In this document: positions 7,372 through 16,599 of the stretch, piece after piece
Position numbering within the stretch: the stretch's first letter is position 1
Layout: every line of letters begins with the position of its first letter
Assembly: GCA_022844165.1 (NCBI GenBank)
Contig: JALHMH010000044.1
Location: 1-36,939 of the forward strand
Length of the DNA stretch: 36,939 nt
Origin: Lysobacterales bacterium
GTDB lineage: Bacteria > Pseudomonadota > Gammaproteobacteria > Xanthomonadales > SZUA-5
Direction: 5' to 3'
Program-made: the position numbers and the translations under genes
The notes under the pieces: generated by a model
The model's database searches: none
Seen by the model: only the letters and a program-made list of their open reading frames with translations
Told to the model about the DNA's origin: nothing

Positions 7372-9042
7372 CTAATCGCCAGGTTTTTTCGTGCGTTCGC
7401 GAGCGCGGCGATCATCGGTGCGAATGGTCGTGGGTTTGGCACGCGGATTGCGCACGCCGGGTTTGGCGCCGGCGGGCGCGCCTTCGCGGCGACTGCCCGG
7501 CCCGGATTCGTCGCGGCGCTTGAATTCTCGCGGTGCTGCGCCGGGTTGCTCCGGTCGCGGTCGTCCTGCCGACGCCGGGCGATCGCCACGCGGTGGATAG
7601 GGTCGATCGCCTCGCGGTGCGGTATCTCGCGCAGCGTAAGGTGCTGGCTGTCGCGGTGCGGCGTCGCGGCTTGCGGATGGACGCGCACGCGCTGCGGCGT
7701 CACCGCGCGGGGAATCCGATCGTTCGCGGCGCTCGAACGGGCGCTTGCTGCGGTCTACGCCGTCTCGCTGAGCGGGTCGACTATCGCTGCGTGTCGTGCC
7801 GCGCGATTCGTATGGGCGATCGCGCGGCGTCGTGTCGCGGTTTGGCCGGTCGGCTGGCGCTGAGCTGCGGTACGGCCGATCGCCGGGCGCGCCTTGGCGC
7901 TTTTCGAATGGACGTTCGCCCCGCGGTGCGGCACTGCGAGCCGCGAATGGGCGTGCGCCCGAGGCGCCGTCGCGCCGAGCAGAGGTTGTTTCAGTGCGGA
8001 TGCCTTCGTACCGATGCGGCCCAGGGCGATCACCGCGACGGAAGTCACCACGGCCCGCGCCGCCGCGGTCGCCTGCTGGACTGTCGCGCCGTGGACCGCG
8101 CGAGCGGCTGCCACGTTCCGCGAAGCTCTCGTCCGCCTCACGTCGCCAGCCGGGTTTGTCGCCCGGGCGGCGTTCGCGGCGTTGGCCGCGGTCGAACTTG
8201 TGCGCGGCTTCGGCCGGCACGATGCGCAACTCAGTGCGCGACGTGACGGGCAGCTCGACGGACTTCAGCAATACTTCGATCTCTTCCGCGACCAGTTCGC
8301 GATACCAGCCGCGCTTTAAGTCCTTGCCCAGCTCGATGGGTCCGTAGCGAACGCGTTTCAAGCGACTGACTTCGGTGCCCACGGCTTCCCAGAGCCGGCG
8401 CACTTCGCGCTGCCGACCTTCGCGCAGCAGCACGCGATACCAGCGATTGCTGCCTTCGTTCTCGGTTTCGCTCAGTGCTTCAAGCTCTTCGAATTTTGCC
8501 GGACCGTCTTCAAGTACGACGCCATGCGTCAGTTGATGCGTGGCGCCAACGTCGATCTCGCCATGGACGCGGCACAAATACTCGCGATCGATCTCGCGGG
8601 ATGGATGCATCAGCCGATTGGCCAGTTCGCCGTCAGTGGTGAACAACAACAAGCCTGCGGTGTTCAGATCGAGCCGGCCGACCGCGATCCAACGCGCGCC
8701 TTTGAGCCGCGGCAGGCGATCGAACACGGTTGGACGTCCTTCCGGATCGTGCGCTGTGGTCACCTCGCCTTCGGGTTTGTTGTAGGCCAGCACGCGCGGG
8801 CCGGTGTGCGCTACGCCGCGGACAATAAAGCTGCGCCCGTCGATTTTGATGGTCTGGCCGTCCGCGAGGCTGTCGCCGATTTTTGCCGGTCGGTGATCGA
8901 CCTCAATCTCATTGCGCAGGATGCGTTCTTCAATCGAGCGCCGGGAACCGAGTCCGGCCTTCGATAGCAGCTTTTGCAGTCGTTCCGGACCGGCGGCCTC
9001 GGGCGAAGTGCGCCGCAGCGACAGGGTATTTTTCGGTTTCAT
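7372..9042 (-). CDS. rluB: 23S rRNA pseudouridine synthase RluB with a long Arg/Asp/Pro-rich C-terminal extension
   Basis: S4 domain ERLQKLLSKAGLGSRR, YNKPEGEVTT, catalytic VGRLDLNT, EGRQREVRRLWE. Follows scpB as is typical. Confidence 0.93.
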   Translation of the reverse strand: MKPKNTLSLRRTSPEAAGPERLQKLLSKAGLGSRRSIEERILRNEIEVDHRPAKIGDSLADGQTIKIDGRSFIVRGVAHTGPRVLAYNKPEGEVTTAHDPEGRPTVFDRLPRLKGARWIAVGRLDLNTAGLLLFTTDGELANRLMHPSREIDREYLCRVHGEIDVGATHQLTHGVVLEDGPAKFEELEALSETENEGSNRWYRVLLREGRQREVRRLWEAVGTEVSRLKRVRYGPIELGKDLKRGWYRELVAEEIEVLLKSVELPVTSRTELRIVPAEAAHKFDRGQRRERRPGDKPGWRREADESFAERGSRSRGPRRDSPAGDRGGAGRGDFRRGDRPGPHRYEGIRTETTSARRDGASGARPFAARSAAPRGERPFEKRQGAPGDRPYRSSAPADRPNRDTTPRDRPYESRGTTRSDSRPAQRDGVDRSKRPFERRERSDSPRGDAAARARPSASRDAAPRQPAPYAARDTAPRGDRPYPPRGDRPASAGRPRPEQPGAAPREFKRRDESGPGSRREGAPAGAKPGVRNPRAKPTTIRTDDRRARERTKKPGD

Positions 9043-9659
9043 TGTCGCGTCTCCGTCGATGGCACTGAGGATGCATCATCGCTCAATTGCGCCGGGATGT
9101 TCGTTTGCGATGGGAATTCGAACTCCGGCATCAAACTCTCCAGGTCGCGGATTTCAGCCAGGGTGGGCAGAGAATCGAGGTTCTTCAGCCCAAAGTAGTC
9201 GAGAAACGTGCGCGTGGTGCCATACAGCGCTGGTCGGCCAGGTACATCGCGGTGCCCAACGACACGCACCCACTCGCGCTCCTCCAGGGTCTTGATGATC
9301 TGTGTCGATACCACAACGCCGCGCACTGCCTCAATCTCGCCCCGCGTGATCGGCTGCCGATAGGCGATCAATGCCAGCGTTTCCAGCAGAGCACGCGAGT
9401 ACTTTTGGGTGCGTTCTGCCCAGAGCCGGGTCACATAGGCGTGGACATTGGTCCGGATCTGATAACGGAATCCGCTGGCGACCTCAACAAGCTCGATACC
9501 TCGGTCCGCGCATTCTGCGGCCAGCGTCTCAAGGGCTTGAGCCAGCTCTGTGTGCGTCGGCCGCTCTTGCTCCAAAAACAGTTGTTCGAGCTGCGCCAGC
9601 GACAGCGGCTGTTGGCTCGAGAGCAATGCGGCTTCGAGAATTTGTTTAAGCATCGCCAT
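9039..9659 (-). CDS. scpB: SMC-Scp complex subunit ScpB
   Basis: YSRALLETLALIAYRQPITRGEIE.VRGV...VGHRDVPGRPALYGTT..FLDYFGL..L..LP. Confidence 0.96.
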   Translation of the reverse strand: MAMLKQILEAALLSSQQPLSLAQLEQLFLEQERPTHTELAQALETLAAECADRGIELVEVASGFRYQIRTNVHAYVTRLWAERTQKYSRALLETLALIAYRQPITRGEIEAVRGVVVSTQIIKTLEEREWVRVVGHRDVPGRPALYGTTRTFLDYFGLKNLDSLPTLAEIRDLESLMPEFEFPSQTNIPAQLSDDASSVPSTETRQ

Positions 9660-10494
9660 CTCCAGCGGTTTCTTCGTCCAGGCTCACGCGCGAGCGCACA
9701 TAGACAGGCGCCAGCGGACGCTCCTGGACGATTTCGATCAAGCCGGCTTTGGCGAGTTCGAGGATCGCAAGAAAGCTGACGACGACCCCCAGGCGGCCTT
9801 CGCCGACCGCGATCAATGAGGTGAACTCGCGAAACTCGCCGGCCGGCAGCATGGCCAGCAACTCGGACATTTTCTGACGGACCGAGAGCGGCTCGCGGCG
9901 CACCTGGTGACTGGTAAACAGGTCGGCTCGATTGAGCACGTCGCGGAACGCCAACAACAGCTCACGCAGATCCACAGCAGGGGGAATGAGTGTGGTTTTG
10001 CGTTCCGGCACGTAGGCTGCCGCTACGCTGGTATCGCGCTCCAGGCGGGGCAGGGCGTCGATGTCCTCGGCCGCCTTCTTGAAGCGTTCGTATTCCTGGA
10101 GTCGGCGGATCAGCTCGGCGCGCGGATCGGTTTCTTCGCCCTCGACGTCCGGCGGGCGCGGTAGCAGCAGACGCGATTTGATTTCCGCCAGGATCGCCGC
10201 CATCACCAGATACTCGGCGGCCAGTTCCAGTTTCAGGGACTGCATCAGCTCGATATAGCCGATGTACTGTTTTGTGATCGCTGCAATCGGTATGTCGAGG
10301 ATATCCAGATTCTGTCGGCGGATCAGATACAGCAACAGATCCAGCGGGCCCTCGAACGCATCGAGAATGACCTCCAGGGCGTCCGGCGGAATGTACAGGT
10401 CCTTAGGCAACTCGTAATACGGTTGCCCACGCACCACGGCGAACGGAATCTCGGATTGGCGAGCTTGTGCGGCCTCGGGCGTCGACTCAGTCAT
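9646..10494 (-). CDS. scpA: Segregation/condensation protein ScpA (kleisin)
   Basis: DLYIPPDALEVIL.AFEGPLDLLLYLIR...AAEYLVMAA.LAEIKSR.LLP. ATG at 10494, just after the yciO stop, is preferred over the ORF start at 10518. Confidence 0.95.
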   Translation of the reverse strand: MTESTPEAAQARQSEIPFAVVRGQPYYELPKDLYIPPDALEVILDAFEGPLDLLLYLIRRQNLDILDIPIAAITKQYIGYIELMQSLKLELAAEYLVMAAILAEIKSRLLLPRPPDVEGEETDPRAELIRRLQEYERFKKAAEDIDALPRLERDTSVAAAYVPERKTTLIPPAVDLRELLLAFRDVLNRADLFTSHQVRREPLSVRQKMSELLAMLPAGEFREFTSLIAVGEGRLGVVVSFLAILELAKAGLIEIVQERPLAPVYVRSRVSLDEETAGDGDA

Positions 10495-10498
10495 GGTT

Positions 10499-11116
10499 TC
10501 ATTCCCAATCCACGACACCAGCGCCGCGCCGCAAAACTTCGAAGGGTTGGTCCAACAGCGATACGACAGTCGTCGGCGCGAGCAAGCACGGTCCCCCGTC
10601 GATGATCAGATCGACGAGGTCATCGATGGCGTCGACCAACTCGTCGATCTCCAGTCCGTACAAGTCTGTTTCCGGCAACAGCAGGCTGGACGACAACAGC
10701 GGTTCCCCCAAGGTTTCGATCAGACCCAATGCGATACGATGATCTGGAATACGCACGCCGATGGATCGGCGTTTTTCTGTCGCGACGCGCTTAGGTACCA
10801 GATTGCTGGCTGGCAGAATGAATGTGTATGGACCGGGCAGATGCGAGCGGAGCAGGCGGAAAGCGGCATCGTCCAGTCGCGTATATTGACCCACCTGGCG
10901 CAAGTCGCGACACGCCAGCGTGTAGTTGTGGCGTGCCTTCAGTTGCCGAATGCGCGCCACCCGCTCCATGGCTGTCTTGCTATCGAGCGTGAAGCCAAAT
11001 GCGTAACCCGAGTCGGTCGGGTAGGCGACCAGCTCTCCGGCGTGCAACGCCGCCACCGCCTGGTCGAGCAGGCGTTGTTGAGGCGAAAGCGGGTGAACGG
11101 ACAGGCGTTTGGCCAC
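10499..11116 (-). CDS. yciO: Sua5/YciO/YrdC family protein (threonylcarbamoyl-AMP synthase-like)
   Basis: VAYPTDSGYA...HNYTLACRDL...LPGPYTFILPA...KRRSIGVRIPDH...PLLSSSL...PTTVV. Confidence 0.92.
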   Translation of the reverse strand: MAKRLSVHPLSPQQRLLDQAVAALHAGELVAYPTDSGYAFGFTLDSKTAMERVARIRQLKARHNYTLACRDLRQVGQYTRLDDAAFRLLRSHLPGPYTFILPASNLVPKRVATEKRRSIGVRIPDHRIALGLIETLGEPLLSSSLLLPETDLYGLEIDELVDAIDDLVDLIIDGGPCLLAPTTVVSLLDQPFEVLRRGAGVVDWE

Positions 11117-11307
11117 GGCCTTGCGGTTCGGTCAGCGGGGCGGCGGAGGATACGGGGTTTTGCCTGACTGGTGATTCGGCGGCTGCGAACATCGTGGCGC
11201 GGGCAGCCAACTCGCGGCGAATCGACCTGAACCGCCGCGCCTTCAAGTTTGAACTCAACTTGATCCCGAGCCAGTAGACTCCGCTATCTCCTCGAATCGC
11301 TCATTGT

Positions 11308-11601
11308 ATGCTCTTCATGCTACTCGGCCGGGATCGGCCCGATTCTTTGCATCGTCGCGCCACCGTGCGGCCGGCGCACCTGGCGCGAATAAAGACGCTC
11401 GCCGACGCCGGACGGATCATTGTCGCCGGGCCGCTGCCTGCCAGCGATCGAGCCGATGAAACAACGGTCACCGGAAGTTTGATCATTGCCGAATTCGAGT
11501 CGCAGGCGGCAGCCCGAGCTTGGTTTGAGTCCGATCCATACATGATGGAAGGCGTGTTCGAGTCGGTGACAGTCGAGCCGTTTCGGCAAGTACTGCCATG
11601 A
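11308..11601 (+). CDS. yciI: YciI family protein
   Basis: R...RPAHLAR...GRIIVAGPLPA...GSLIIAEFES...A.AW...DPY...GVF. Confidence 0.92.
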   Translation: MLFMLLGRDRPDSLHRRATVRPAHLARIKTLADAGRIIVAGPLPASDRADETTVTGSLIIAEFESQAAARAWFESDPYMMEGVFESVTVEPFRQVLP

Positions 11602-11894
11602 TTCCAGGTGCCGCTGCGCTGAATGAAGTCCGTGTTCAGGAGATTCGAAAGCGACTCGAATCGCTTGAGCCGCTGGCATTGGAGGTCATCGACGAGAGTG
11701 CTGCTCACCGCGGTCACGAAGGCGCCAGGGATGGCCGAGGCCATTTTCGGGTGCGCATTCGCAGCGCGAAATTTGATGGCATCCGGCCCTTGGTCCGACA
11801 TCGCTTAGTCTATGAGGCACTAGGGACATTGATGCAAACTGATATCCACGCGCTGGCCATTGAGGCCTGCGGTGCGAACGAGGAGTCAACATGA
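11598..11894 (+). CDS. bolA: BolA family protein
   Basis: LEVIDES..HRGH.GA..G.GHFRV.I.S..F.G...L.RHRLVY.ALG.LM.TDIHAL. Confidence 0.93.
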   Translation: MIPGAAALNEVRVQEIRKRLESLEPLALEVIDESAAHRGHEGARDGRGHFRVRIRSAKFDGIRPLVRHRLVYEALGTLMQTDIHALAIEACGANEEST

Positions 11895-12685
11895 GAGTCT
11901 TTTGTGCTGCGCTGCTGTTGGCGCTGATTTCATGCGCTCGGAATGAGCCAGACGCGCCCAGTGGCGTGATTGCGTTGGCAGGAAGTCCCAGCGAGTTGAA
12001 GGTCAATGGCGAAGCAGTGCCCGAGATCATGATCGAGGCATTCGCGCGGCAGCGCGGCTGGGATGTGCGCGATCCAGGGCAGCGACAACAAGTGCTCGAC
12101 AGCGTCGCCGATCTGGTCGCGATGGCGCAGGCAGCACAAACCAGCGGGTTACTGGACGATGTCGCTGTCGCGGCGGAATTGGAGATCGAACGGCTGAATC
12201 GACTGAGCGGCGAGTTTGTGCGCCGGTCATCGGCGGAACCAACCGATCAGGAACTGCGCGCCGCCTATGAGCAGGAAGTTGCCAACAATGGCAGTGACGA
12301 ATTCCAGATCGCGCACATTTTGTTCGACAACCAGGCCGCGGCCGATGCGGCGTCGATCGCGCTCAGCACTGGCACGGCGTTCGATGATTTACTGGCCTCT
12401 TCGGTCGGACAAGTTGGCGTCAAGGATTCCAAAGATCTGGGCTGGGTCCGCAAGCCGCAGCTGCCGGCGCCGCTGGCCGAGGCACTGCAGGGCATGGTCG
12501 ATGGCGGTATATCTCCAGTTGTGCAAACCGAGTTCGGATTTCACGTGGCTTTGCTGCGCGCCAGGCGCCCCCTGCAGGCACCTTCGTTCGAGACGGTCCG
12601 CGACGGCATCAAAGCCACTCTACAGCGCAAACGTGCGCTCGATTTCGCGGCGACCATCAAGTCCAAAGCGAAAATCGAGAAATGA
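11891..12685 (+). CDS. PpiC/parvulin-type peptidyl-prolyl isomerase, probable lipoprotein
   Basis: Lipobox-like LALISC; IAHILF, DLGWV, PVVQTEFGFHV parvulin motifs. Confidence 0.85.
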   Translation: MRVFCAALLLALISCARNEPDAPSGVIALAGSPSELKVNGEAVPEIMIEAFARQRGWDVRDPGQRQQVLDSVADLVAMAQAAQTSGLLDDVAVAAELEIERLNRLSGEFVRRSSAEPTDQELRAAYEQEVANNGSDEFQIAHILFDNQAAADAASIALSTGTAFDDLLASSVGQVGVKDSKDLGWVRKPQLPAPLAEALQGMVDGGISPVVQTEFGFHVALLRARRPLQAPSFETVRDGIKATLQRKRALDFAATIKSKAKIEK

Positions 12686-13299
12686 CCGATCCCGGGCTAC
12701 ACCAGGCGTTTGCGCAGTGGCGTAGGGAAACCGGGCGCGGCTGGATGTTCTTTCGGCAATGGCTGCGTTCGCCCTTGAAGACCGCCTCTGTCGTACCGAG
12801 CAGCCCGCGTTTGGGTCGTGCGATGGCGATGGCGATCCCGGCAGGCGCTGAAAAGGTTGTTGAGTTGGGCGCCGGTACTGGCGCCATCACGCGCGCGTTG
12901 TTGCAGTATCGCGTGCGTCCCGAGAACCTGTTTATCGTGGAACTGAATCCAGAACTGCACGAGGAGCTGACTCGAACGTTTCCGCACAGTCCGGTCGTGT
13001 GCGGCGATGCGCGGCAATTGCCTGGGTTGCTTGAGAAGCATGCAGTTTTCGATGGTGCGGCCGATGCGGTGGTCAGCTCGCTGGGATTTCTGTCGATGCC
13101 GCCCGCATTGGTCGATGAAATCGTCGTGGCGATCTTTGCCGCGATGGGTCCGCAGGGCACGTTGATTCAGTTCACCTATGGTCCACGTTGTCCGATCTCG
13201 CGCACCACACGGCAGCGCCTGGGATTGCGCTCGCGGCGAGTGGGCTTTACCTGGCTCAACCTGCCGCCGGCATCGGTGTACGTATTGGAGCGGCGTTGA
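12682..13299 (+). CDS. Class I SAM-dependent methyltransferase, phospholipid N-methyltransferase (rhizobial PmtA-like)
   Basis: FFRQWLRSPLKTASVVPSS..L...VVELGAGTGAIT..LL...GDA...QFTYG...NLPPASVY matches the Agrobacterium/Sinorhizobium-type PmtA pattern. Confidence 0.8.
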   Translation: MTDPGLHQAFAQWRRETGRGWMFFRQWLRSPLKTASVVPSSPRLGRAMAMAIPAGAEKVVELGAGTGAITRALLQYRVRPENLFIVELNPELHEELTRTFPHSPVVCGDARQLPGLLEKHAVFDGAADAVVSSLGFLSMPPALVDEIVVAIFAAMGPQGTLIQFTYGPRCPISRTTRQRLGLRSRRVGFTWLNLPPASVYVLERR

Positions 13300-13452
13300 G
13301 CCCATTGATCCTGCGGCCGCGATCTTCCTGTCTTTCCGCAAACTCGATCCGCTGGTCCCGGCTCTCAATTTCGCGCCAAAGCTGTCTGGTACAAGAGCGC
13401 CGTTTCCAGATCGGGGTGTGAACGGAACGTGGCGCGTGCCATTATGTTGCGC

Positions 13453-15948
13453 ATGACGGACGGGATGCCCCAGGTACCAGGCTACATACTCTCTCGCCAA
13501 CTCGGGCGAGGTGGAATGGCGACCGTCTATCTCGCAACTCAGCAGTCCGTCGACCGCGAAGTGGCGTTGAAGATCATGGCGCCGCAACTGTCGGCCGATC
13601 CCAGCTTCGGCGACCGCTTTTTGCGTGAAGCGCGTATCGCGGCAAAACTGCATCATCGCAATGTGGTCAGTATCTACGATGTTGGCGTGCACAACGGCGT
13701 GCACTACTGCGCAATGGAACATTTGCCAGGTGGTCCGGTCATGCGCCGAGGCGCACCGCCGCTCGCGCTAAAGCCGTCGGTGCGCTGCGTACGCGAAATC
13801 GCCCTGGCGCTGTCTTACGCGCACGAAAAAGGGTTCATCCACCGCGACGTCAAACCGGACAATATCCTGTTGCGTGAGGATGGGTCTTGCGTATTGAGCG
13901 ATTTTGGCATCGCGCGTGCGGCCGATTCGGGAACGGTCATGACCAAGACCGGTGCGGTGGTCGGAACGCCGCACTACATGAGCCCAGAACAATTACGCGG
14001 TAGAGCCATCGATGGTCGAGCCGATCTGTACAGTCTGGGCGTGGTCTTCTTTCAACTGCTGACGGGACGGGTGCCGTACGAAGCGAGTGACTCGTTGGCG
14101 ATCGGCATCATGCACATGACCGCGCCATTGCCGCAGCTGCCGCGCGAGTATCAGTCTTTCCAGACGGTGCTCGATTTGATGCTCGCCAAAGAGCCGGGCG
14201 ATCGTTTCCAGACCGGTGCGGAAATCGATCAAGCGCTGGAAAAGGTGCAGCGGCAACTGGAGGCCGGCGAGCTTGATACGCCTCCGCCGCGCCTGAGGCC
14301 CCTGGAGACGCGCAAGGAACCGACCATGCGCGCGCAGCGCGAGCGGTCTCTCGAAAACACAGGGAATGTGCGCACAGAACCACAGCTTGGGCGGATGGAC
14401 GATGTGCACCAGACGCCGCTGCGTGCCACTCCACGGCCGGCGCCCACTGTGAAAGGTCATGGGCTCGGCAAATGGATGGTATTGCTGATTCTGCTGGGTG
14501 GGGCTGCGGCGGCTTTTCATTACCAGGCGTATTGGTTGCCGCTGGCGCAGTCGTATTTTGCGCAACCGCCGCCTGGCGAAACCGAACTTGGCGAAGCGGC
14601 ACTGGCTGAAGGTCGGCTGTTGGGTAGTTCTGGCCAGGATGCGATGAGTTTCTTTGTCGCCGCGCTCATGTTGGATGAGGACGATAGCCGCGCGCGCATC
14701 GGATTGCGCAGTACGTTGGATCGCCTCTACGCTGAGTTAAGCGCGAATTCAGATCGGCGACGCATCGACGAAGTTGTACGCAGGCTGCGTGGTGTGCCCG
14801 GTGGCGCCGATTTGCGTGCTCGATTCGAGCAACTGATGGTTCAAGATGTCCCGCCACCGCCGGAGCCGCCACCACCGCCGCCGACAACAGAGGTGGGCGC
14901 GGCAGAATATGCGGCGGCGCAGCGTGCCGAGATTGCCGGCAATTTCGAAGGTGGAACCGGTGCGTTAGCGCTCTACGTGGCGGCCGCTCAGCTGGGTCGC
15001 GAAAACGCCGTTCGCGACGCGCAGCGCATCGCTGACCGATTGGCAGCGGATGCCGAGCGGGCTGTCACGGGTGGTGAACTTGATCGGGCGGAACGGCTGC
15101 TCCTGACGTTGACGACACACGCGCCATCTGCTGCAGGTGTCGGCGAACTGACGCAAGCCCTGGCGCGTGAGAGACTGGTCGCAGAACGACGCGCGCAAGT
15201 GCCGGCGTTGCTGCGCGAGGCGCAAGCTTTGGCAAGACGCGAAAGATGGGTCGAGCCCAACGGCGCGAGTGCCGCGGACAAATATCTGGAAGCGTTGAAA
15301 ATCGACCCAGCCAACGATGACGCGCGTCTGGGCCTGGATGCAGCGGTGGCTGAAGCTTTGTTGCAGGTGCAGGCCGCGCTCAACAGCCGGCAGATCGAGC
15401 GTGCCCAGCGCCTGGCGAAGCGAGTTCAAGCCTTGGCGCCCAAAACCGCCGGGTTGAGCGATGCGAAAATACGGATCGATGCCGCGGTCGAGGCGGCAAA
15501 GGGGCCGACGCCCCAACAGAAGGCCGACCACGATCGGTTGATACGCGAAGGCGAAATCGCGCTGTCCACGGGCCAGCTCGTCGAACCGCCTGGCGATTCG
15601 GCATTCGACAAGTTTCGCGGCGCGATGTCGTTCGATCGCAACAGCGAAGACGTGCGCGCTGGCATGGAGGCGCTGGCCCAGGCACTAAAAAATCGCATCG
15701 ATGAAGCCATTGAAGCGGGTCGCCCAACACGTGCGCATGGCGATCTGGATGCCCTGCAATCGGTCGACGCGCGAGACCGTGAGATCGAGTCGATTAAGCG
15801 ACGTATCGCGAAGGCATACGCCGACCTCGGCCAGCGGCAACTGGACAGCGGCAATGTCGACAACGCTAGAAGCTCCCTGATTGAAGCCCGGAAGCTCGAT
15901 AGCGCCGGCGTGGAGGTTGGGCAATTGCGCGAACGGTTGGGAATGTGA
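13453..15948 (+). CDS. Membrane-anchored Hanks-type Ser/Thr protein kinase with a C-terminal TPR-like helical repeat region
   Basis: LGRGGMATVY, VALK, HRDVKPDN, DFGIAR, GTPHYMSPE, DLYSLG; TM segment WMVLLILLGGAAAAF. Start uncertain (13429-13465). Confidence 0.92.
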   Translation: MTDGMPQVPGYILSRQLGRGGMATVYLATQQSVDREVALKIMAPQLSADPSFGDRFLREARIAAKLHHRNVVSIYDVGVHNGVHYCAMEHLPGGPVMRRGAPPLALKPSVRCVREIALALSYAHEKGFIHRDVKPDNILLREDGSCVLSDFGIARAADSGTVMTKTGAVVGTPHYMSPEQLRGRAIDGRADLYSLGVVFFQLLTGRVPYEASDSLAIGIMHMTAPLPQLPREYQSFQTVLDLMLAKEPGDRFQTGAEIDQALEKVQRQLEAGELDTPPPRLRPLETRKEPTMRAQRERSLENTGNVRTEPQLGRMDDVHQTPLRATPRPAPTVKGHGLGKWMVLLILLGGAAAAFHYQAYWLPLAQSYFAQPPPGETELGEAALAEGRLLGSSGQDAMSFFVAALMLDEDDSRARIGLRSTLDRLYAELSANSDRRRIDEVVRRLRGVPGGADLRARFEQLMVQDVPPPPEPPPPPPTTEVGAAEYAAAQRAEIAGNFEGGTGALALYVAAAQLGRENAVRDAQRIADRLAADAERAVTGGELDRAERLLLTLTTHAPSAAGVGELTQALARERLVAERRAQVPALLREAQALARRERWVEPNGASAADKYLEALKIDPANDDARLGLDAAVAEALLQVQAALNSRQIERAQRLAKRVQALAPKTAGLSDAKIRIDAAVEAAKGPTPQQKADHDRLIREGEIALSTGQLVEPPGDSAFDKFRGAMSFDRNSEDVRAGMEALAQALKNRIDEAIEAGRPTRAHGDLDALQSVDARDREIESIKRRIAKAYADLGQRQLDSGNVDNARSSLIEARKLDSAGVEVGQLRERLGM

Positions 15949-15951
15949 GCG

Positions 15952-16599
15952 ATGGAACTGCATGCGCGCGATGGCGTCAGAATCGGTGCTTATGCCCGCG
16001 GGGCAGGGTCGATCGGTTTGGTGGTTGTGCAAGAGATATTCGGCGTGACTGCACATATCCGTCGTGTGGTGGACGATTTTGCTCAGTGCGGATTCGCTGC
16101 GGTTGCGCCACAATTTTTCGACCGCGTTCGCAGCGGTGTGGAGCTCGATACGGATGCGGCGGGCGTCGCCCAGGGCCGTGATCTGGTCGCAACGCTCGGG
16201 ATGGACGCGCCATTGCGCGATGTCGAGGCCGCAGCGGCTGCGCTGCGCTGTCGCGGTGCTCGGCGCATCGCGGTTGTGGGTTACTGCTGGGGCGGCAGCC
16301 TCGCGTTTCTTGCTGCGACCCGCGTTGGCTTGTGCGCGGTCAGCTATTACGGTCGCCTTGTCAGTCAGTATCTGCACGAAGCGCCCCAAGCGCCGCTGTT
16401 GTTCCACTTCGGTGCGCGCGATGAGACGATCCCGGCCGCAGTCATTGATGCGATCGCCGCCCGCTACCCGAACGTGCCGCTGCATCGATACGATGCCGGC
16501 CATGCGTTCAATCGCCTTGGCGATGCGCATGGCGAGCCTCAGAGCGCGGCACTTGCGTTACAGCGAACGATCGAATTTGTGGAAAGCAGCGCCCGATGA
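15952..16599 (+). CDS. Dienelactone hydrolase family protein
   Basis: QEIFGV, nucleophile elbow GYCWGG, HFG..D..IP, AGHAF. Confidence 0.92.
   Translation: MELHARDGVRIGAYARGAGSIGLVVVQEIFGVTAHIRRVVDDFAQCGFAAVAPQFFDRVRSGVELDTDAAGVAQGRDLVATLGMDAPLRDVEAAAAALRCRGARRIAVVGYCWGGSLAFLAATRVGLCAVSYYGRLVSQYLHEAPQAPLLFHFGARDETIPAAVIDAIAARYPNVPLHRYDAGHAFNRLGDAHGEPQSAALALQRTIEFVESSAR

Noticed and set aside
7533-8347. Several long plus-strand ORFs opposite the rluB tail
   Set aside because: Shadow ORFs from very GC-rich low-complexity coding sequence that lacks stops on the opposite strand.
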